NCBI GenBank assembly: GCA_963754655.1
Contig: CAVWGN010000001.1
Span: forward strand, 704,001-768,000
DNA from: an uncultured Chlamydiae bacterium
Lineage (GTDB): Bacteria; Chlamydiota; Chlamydiia; Chlamydiales; Parachlamydiaceae
DNA: 64,000 nt
Reading direction: 5' to 3'
Shown: in pieces, positions 60,097 to 64,000 of the stretch
How positions within the stretch are numbered: position 1 is the stretch's first letter
Layout: the number at the start of each line of letters is the position of its first letter
Translations under genes and position numbers: made by a program
The notes under the pieces: generated by a model
What the model was told of the DNA's origin: nothing
The model's database searches: none
The model's input: only the letters and a program-made list of their open reading frames with translations

Positions 60097-60593
60097 CTAG
60101 TACTCAACCACACTAGTTTTTGCTTATTAGGACGGTGCAAACCCTCGAGGCGTTAAGGTAAGAGATGAGCGTAGGCTAAGCGACGCATTCAGTCGCCCGC
60201 CGCTTCGCTCTGGGCTCTAGGTAAGGGGATATGGACCCACCGTTCGGTCGCCCTCCGGGCTCGGTCACGGTGGGCTAGGATCAGTCGTCCTCCGGACTCT
60301 AGCAGCAGTGTAAAAGCCATGGAATATTAGGTAAGACGTTTGATAATGCTGCTAGAATGCTAGTCAAGGCGTTTTGATAATGCCGCTAGAGTCCGGAGGA
60401 CGACTGATCCTTAGCCCACCGTGACCGAGCCCGGAGGGCGACCGAACGGTGGGTCCATATTCCCCTTACCTAGAGCCCAGAGCGAAGCGGCGGGCGACTG
60501 AATGCGTCGCTTAGCCTACGCTCATCTCTTACCTTAACGCCTCGAGGGTTTGCACCGTCCTAATAAGCAAAAACTAGTGTGGTTGAGTACTAG
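60097..60593. mobile_element. Family B palindrome, intact (497 bp, about 207-bp arms)
   Basis: CTAGTACTCAACCAC...GTGGTTGAGTACTAG; arms near-perfect; the loop contains a duplication of about 24 bp. Confidence 0.88.
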
Positions 60594-61253
60594 GTATTCA
60601 ACTTTTTTAATTTTGTGGCATTCCATCTTCTCACCTTATTTCAAAGGATCGCATGAATGCGGATATTTGTCATTTTGCAAGTCAGCAGTGGTACGCTGGT
60701 GAGCTAAAATCTATTGTGGCTCAAGAAGATCAAAGACTGAAGTTACCGCGTTATCCATTGTTTAGAGATCTTCTTGATGATCAACTTGATCCCTCTAAAT
60801 CAATGGTTGTTGTTCAGTTAGATCATGTAGGATCTCAGCACTCTTCACAGGAGGAAGCCATGTGGATAGTAAAAGCTAGCAAGTGTCTGATGAATGATTA
60901 TTCAATTTCGTCTGAGCAAATCGGCATTATCTCCCCTCATCGCTTGCAAAATAATATGATTCTCTCCTGCTTTGAAAGAGGCTTTACCTTTTTCATTAAA
61001 GCTGCCAAAAGTGGATACGGTTGAGCGCATGCAAGGATTGGAATTTGATATTGTGATTTTTTCTGCTACGACTTCTGATAAAGACATGATTCATAGTTCA
61101 TTTTTGAAGGATTATCGGCGATTGAATGTAGCGCTTACGCGATCAAAAAAAATTTATTTTGGTTGCAAGCGCCTGTTTTTTCACATCATTTCCAAAAACA
61201 GAAAGAGAACTTATCGCGCAGATGCCTTTTGAAAATTTATTTAGATACAAATA
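60594..61253 (+). pseudogene. C-terminal fragment of an SF1 (Upf1/Dna2-like) helicase, 5'-truncated and frameshifted
   Basis: RMN..IC.F.S..WY, IGIISPHRLQ, VDTVERMQGLE and RRLNVALTR motifs across frames; no Walker A half upstream. Confidence 0.8.
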
Positions 61254-61315
61254 GGATTGTTTTAAATCTTTGGAATTGCCAATATTTAAGGATTTTAAGA
61301 GAAAAATAGGCAAGG

Positions 61316-62290
61316 ATGAGCAAGCATTTAAAGAGAGGCATTTATTGGATTTTGGCATTTCTTTTCTTATGGGGTGCCGTTCGCTTGTACTATCAATTGA
61401 CAGATGATTTTCGCTTAGCCAATATTACTTATGAACTGCCTTTTGAAGCGCCTTGGAAGATTCCTGTTTTAAATCCCGACGAATATCGAAGTTTAGAACA
61501 GTTATTAGATCAGAATTTTTTTTATATGGGTAAAGGCGCTCAATGTTATGCCTTTGTAAGCGAAGATGGGCAATATGTCTTAAAATTTTTTAAATTTAAA
61601 CATCTCAAGCCTAATTTATTGGTTGACTATTTACCTTTTATTTCTCCTTTTAAGGAGTATAAGCAAAGGTGCATAGAGCGCAAAAGACAGAAATTAATTG
61701 GCGTGTTTAATGGCTATGATCTTGCTTTTCGCGAAAACCGTCAAACCTCTCAACTTCTCTATCTCCATTTGCTTCCTACCCAGCATTTGCAATTACAAGC
61801 AAAGGTCATTGATAAAATAGGATTGGAGCGCAACATTCGTCTAGATGATGTTGTTTTTCTCATTCAAAGAAAAGGGGAGACGCTGCGGACACGGCTGCGC
61901 CACTTCCTCGATCAAAGGCATGTCCAAGAGGCGAAACAAGCAGTGGCAAGTATTTTCGAGATGTACATATCGGAATACAAAAAGGGAATTTATGATCACG
62001 ATCATGGGGTTTTGCACAATACAGGCTTTATTGGCAGTCAACCTTTTCACTTAGATGTAGGAAAGTTAAAAAAAGACGAACGCATGCAGCATGTTGAATT
62101 CTACAAAAAAGATCTTGAGCTTGTGATCTGGAGATTAGATCGTTGGATGAAAAATTCCTATCCTGAAAATGAGGCTGAGTTTTCCAAATTTTTGGCTCAG
62201 CAATACCAAAAGTGGACAGGTGAAACGCTCGATATCCAAGCGATAGATCCGAAACAAATTAAAAAAAGAAATCGGTTGATTGGACTTTAG
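61316..62290 (+). CDS. Membrane-anchored protein kinase-like fold protein
   Basis: GKGAQCYAF (Gly loop), YVLKFFK, D....HN and HLDVG in kinase-like order. Confidence 0.55.
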   Translation: MSKHLKRGIYWILAFLFLWGAVRLYYQLTDDFRLANITYELPFEAPWKIPVLNPDEYRSLEQLLDQNFFYMGKGAQCYAFVSEDGQYVLKFFKFKHLKPNLLVDYLPFISPFKEYKQRCIERKRQKLIGVFNGYDLAFRENRQTSQLLYLHLLPTQHLQLQAKVIDKIGLERNIRLDDVVFLIQRKGETLRTRLRHFLDQRHVQEAKQAVASIFEMYISEYKKGIYDHDHGVLHNTGFIGSQPFHLDVGKLKKDERMQHVEFYKKDLELVIWRLDRWMKNSYPENEAEFSKFLAQQYQKWTGETLDIQAIDPKQIKKRNRLIGL

Positions 62291-63011
62291 AGCGTATTTA
62301 AAAAGATTGCAAAAATCTTTCCTGCATCTTGTTTATCCCACCAAGTGCTTACATTGCCATACCTTGCTACCGCCTGAATCCCTTGTCTTATGCTCAACCT
62401 GCGCTTCTCTTTTGGATCTCATTCAACCACAGGAACGTTGTCCCACCTGTTTTAACTTATTACCTGAAAATGAAGTGACTCCTTGTCACGAGTGCTTGCA
62501 ATATCCTTCACTCTATTATCGCATGGCTGCAGCTTTTGATTATCAAGGGCCTGCTGCCTCACTGGTTAAGCGTTTAAAGTATGCCAATCAACCTTATCTC
62601 GCTCAAGGCATGGCAGCCTTTTTAATCACACAATTTGATCGGCTCCTCTGGCCTTTACCTGATGCTCTTATTCCTGTTCCTTTATCTTTCACTCATTGGT
62701 TAGAAAGGGGATATAATCAAAGTGCTTTGCTGGCAGAAGAAATGGGAAGCTTATTGCAATGCCCTGTTTGGCATGCTCTCAAGCGTCAAAGTGGTGATTT
62801 TAGCCAAGCAGCCTTAAATTTAGAGCAACGCAAAGCTTTAGATGGAAAGCGTTTCCGACTTAATTCCACTTACTGTTTACAAAGCAAAGTTTTACTTGTT
62901 ATCGATGACGTCATGACTTCAGGTTCAACATTGCAACGCTGTGCCGAAATCCTAAGCACCGGACATCCTGCGGCGCTTTATGCTCTGACGTTCTGTCGCA
63001 CTCTTAAATAA
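62280..63011 (+). CDS. comF: ComF family protein (zinc ribbon plus phosphoribosyltransferase)
   Basis: CxxC pairs, IPVPL, RGYNQS and VIDDVMTSGST motifs. Confidence 0.9.
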   Translation: MDFRAYLKRLQKSFLHLVYPTKCLHCHTLLPPESLVLCSTCASLLDLIQPQERCPTCFNLLPENEVTPCHECLQYPSLYYRMAAAFDYQGPAASLVKRLKYANQPYLAQGMAAFLITQFDRLLWPLPDALIPVPLSFTHWLERGYNQSALLAEEMGSLLQCPVWHALKRQSGDFSQAALNLEQRKALDGKRFRLNSTYCLQSKVLLVIDDVMTSGSTLQRCAEILSTGHPAALYALTFCRTLK

Positions 63012-63086
63012 CGGGTATTTTAAAAAAATTAGATAGCACATAGACACTTTGGAAAAGGCTAGTATTTAACTTTGATCCTCTAAAGG

Positions 63087-64000
63087 TTAAATCCATTTCT
63101 TGCGGCGGAAAAATAGAAGCATTCCAATTGCGACGATAGCCATGAAGCAAAGAACGAGGGGATAAGACCAACGATAGTGAAGTTCGGGCATATAGTCAAA
63201 ATTCATGCCGTACAGGCTGCAAATAAAGGTCAGAGGAACAAAAATTGTTGCCACAATGGTCAAGACTTTCATAATGTCATTCGTTCGAATATTAATATTA
63301 GAGAGATAGATATCCAACATTCCCGCAACAACATCTCGAAATCCTTCAATGATATCAATCATTTGTACAATATGATCATAAATATCTTGTAAGTAAAGTT
63401 GCGTTGTTTCGACTGAACCAAAGAGCTTTCTAAGCGTAGAAATCGATTGACGACATCACGCATCGGCCAGATCGCCTTACGTAGAATAATCATATCGCGT
63501 TTGGCGTATTGAATTTTATGCAGTATTGCGGGATTAGGAAGATGCATGAGTTCCTCTTCGAGTTCATCCAGATTGATATCGACTTTTTCTAAAACAATAA
63601 AATAATGATCAACAATAGTGTCTAAGAGAGTATAAGCTAAATAATCTGAACCTTGTGAGCGAATGCGCTGGCTGCCTTGATGCAGTCGATCTTTCACTGA
63701 TTTAAAGATGTCTTCATTACCTTCAAGAAAAGAAATTAAGTAGTTAGGGCCAAACACAATGCTCAATTGTTCATCTTTTAAATCCTTATTGAAAGCTTCG
63801 TATTGCAAGAGACGGACAACAATGAACACTTGATTTCATAAATATCCAATTTGGAGCGTTGGCCTGGATTGACAATGTCTTCGATTACAAGGGAATGCAA
63901 TTTAAAATGTTTGCCAATAGGAACGATCATGGTGGGATCCGAAACTCCATAAACTTGAATCCAAGTCATGGCAGGTGTTGAGATATGCTCTAAGCATTCC
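63087..64000 (-). CDS. corA: Magnesium/cobalt transporter CorA, running off the window, with two apparent frameshifts
   Basis: TWIQVYG, HSLVIEDI, QRSKLD, DYLAYTLLDTIVD, NDIMKVLT and YGMNFDYMPEL across three frames. Confidence 0.88.

Noticed and set aside
20621..60593. Integron attC sites, retron msr-msd or structural RNA genes as an explanation for the palindromes
   Set aside because: No integrase or RT, no cassette periodicity, and TSDs plus nesting point to mobile DNA; no tRNA or rRNA was recognised in the window.
63087..63969. corA as a true pseudogene
   Set aside because: Both shifts are single-base losses in A runs with no other visible decay; sequencing error is at least as likely.

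Overview
A 64-kb chromosomal window that looks like an environmental chlamydia (Parachlamydiaceae-like). This is inferred from chlamydial gene orders: sod-accD-dut-ptsN-ptsN, rnc-radA-hemC, and nqrBCDE without nqrA/F. Housekeeping blocks are hemCD, lplA, gcvT-H-PA-PB, bioY, a CzcCBA-type RND pump, a CPA2 antiporter, nqr, comF and corA. They alternate with effector-like genes: a plant-IQM-like protein, two tandem F-box-like/DUF4116 repeat proteins, a GHITM-like BI-1 protein and several Inc-like proteins. The most striking content is non-coding. Five intergenic sites (20.6-22.7, 36.0-37.5, 46.4-46.8, 57.5-59.0 and 60.1-60.6 kb) hold about nine families of 120-500 bp palindromic elements, labelled A-I here. 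Six families differ in sequence but share one tripartite hairpin layout with strand-polarised GNA/GNNA loops (only part of it is preserved in H). Left and right arms co-vary, several copies have target-site duplications, and the elements are inserted into one another. This looks like an active REPIN/MITE-like system; no HUH/RAYT-type transposase is seen in the window. One IS5-family element sits inside one of the palindromes. Several frameshifts fall in homopolymer runs and may be sequencing errors. All protein assignments come from motif recognition by eye, with no database searches.
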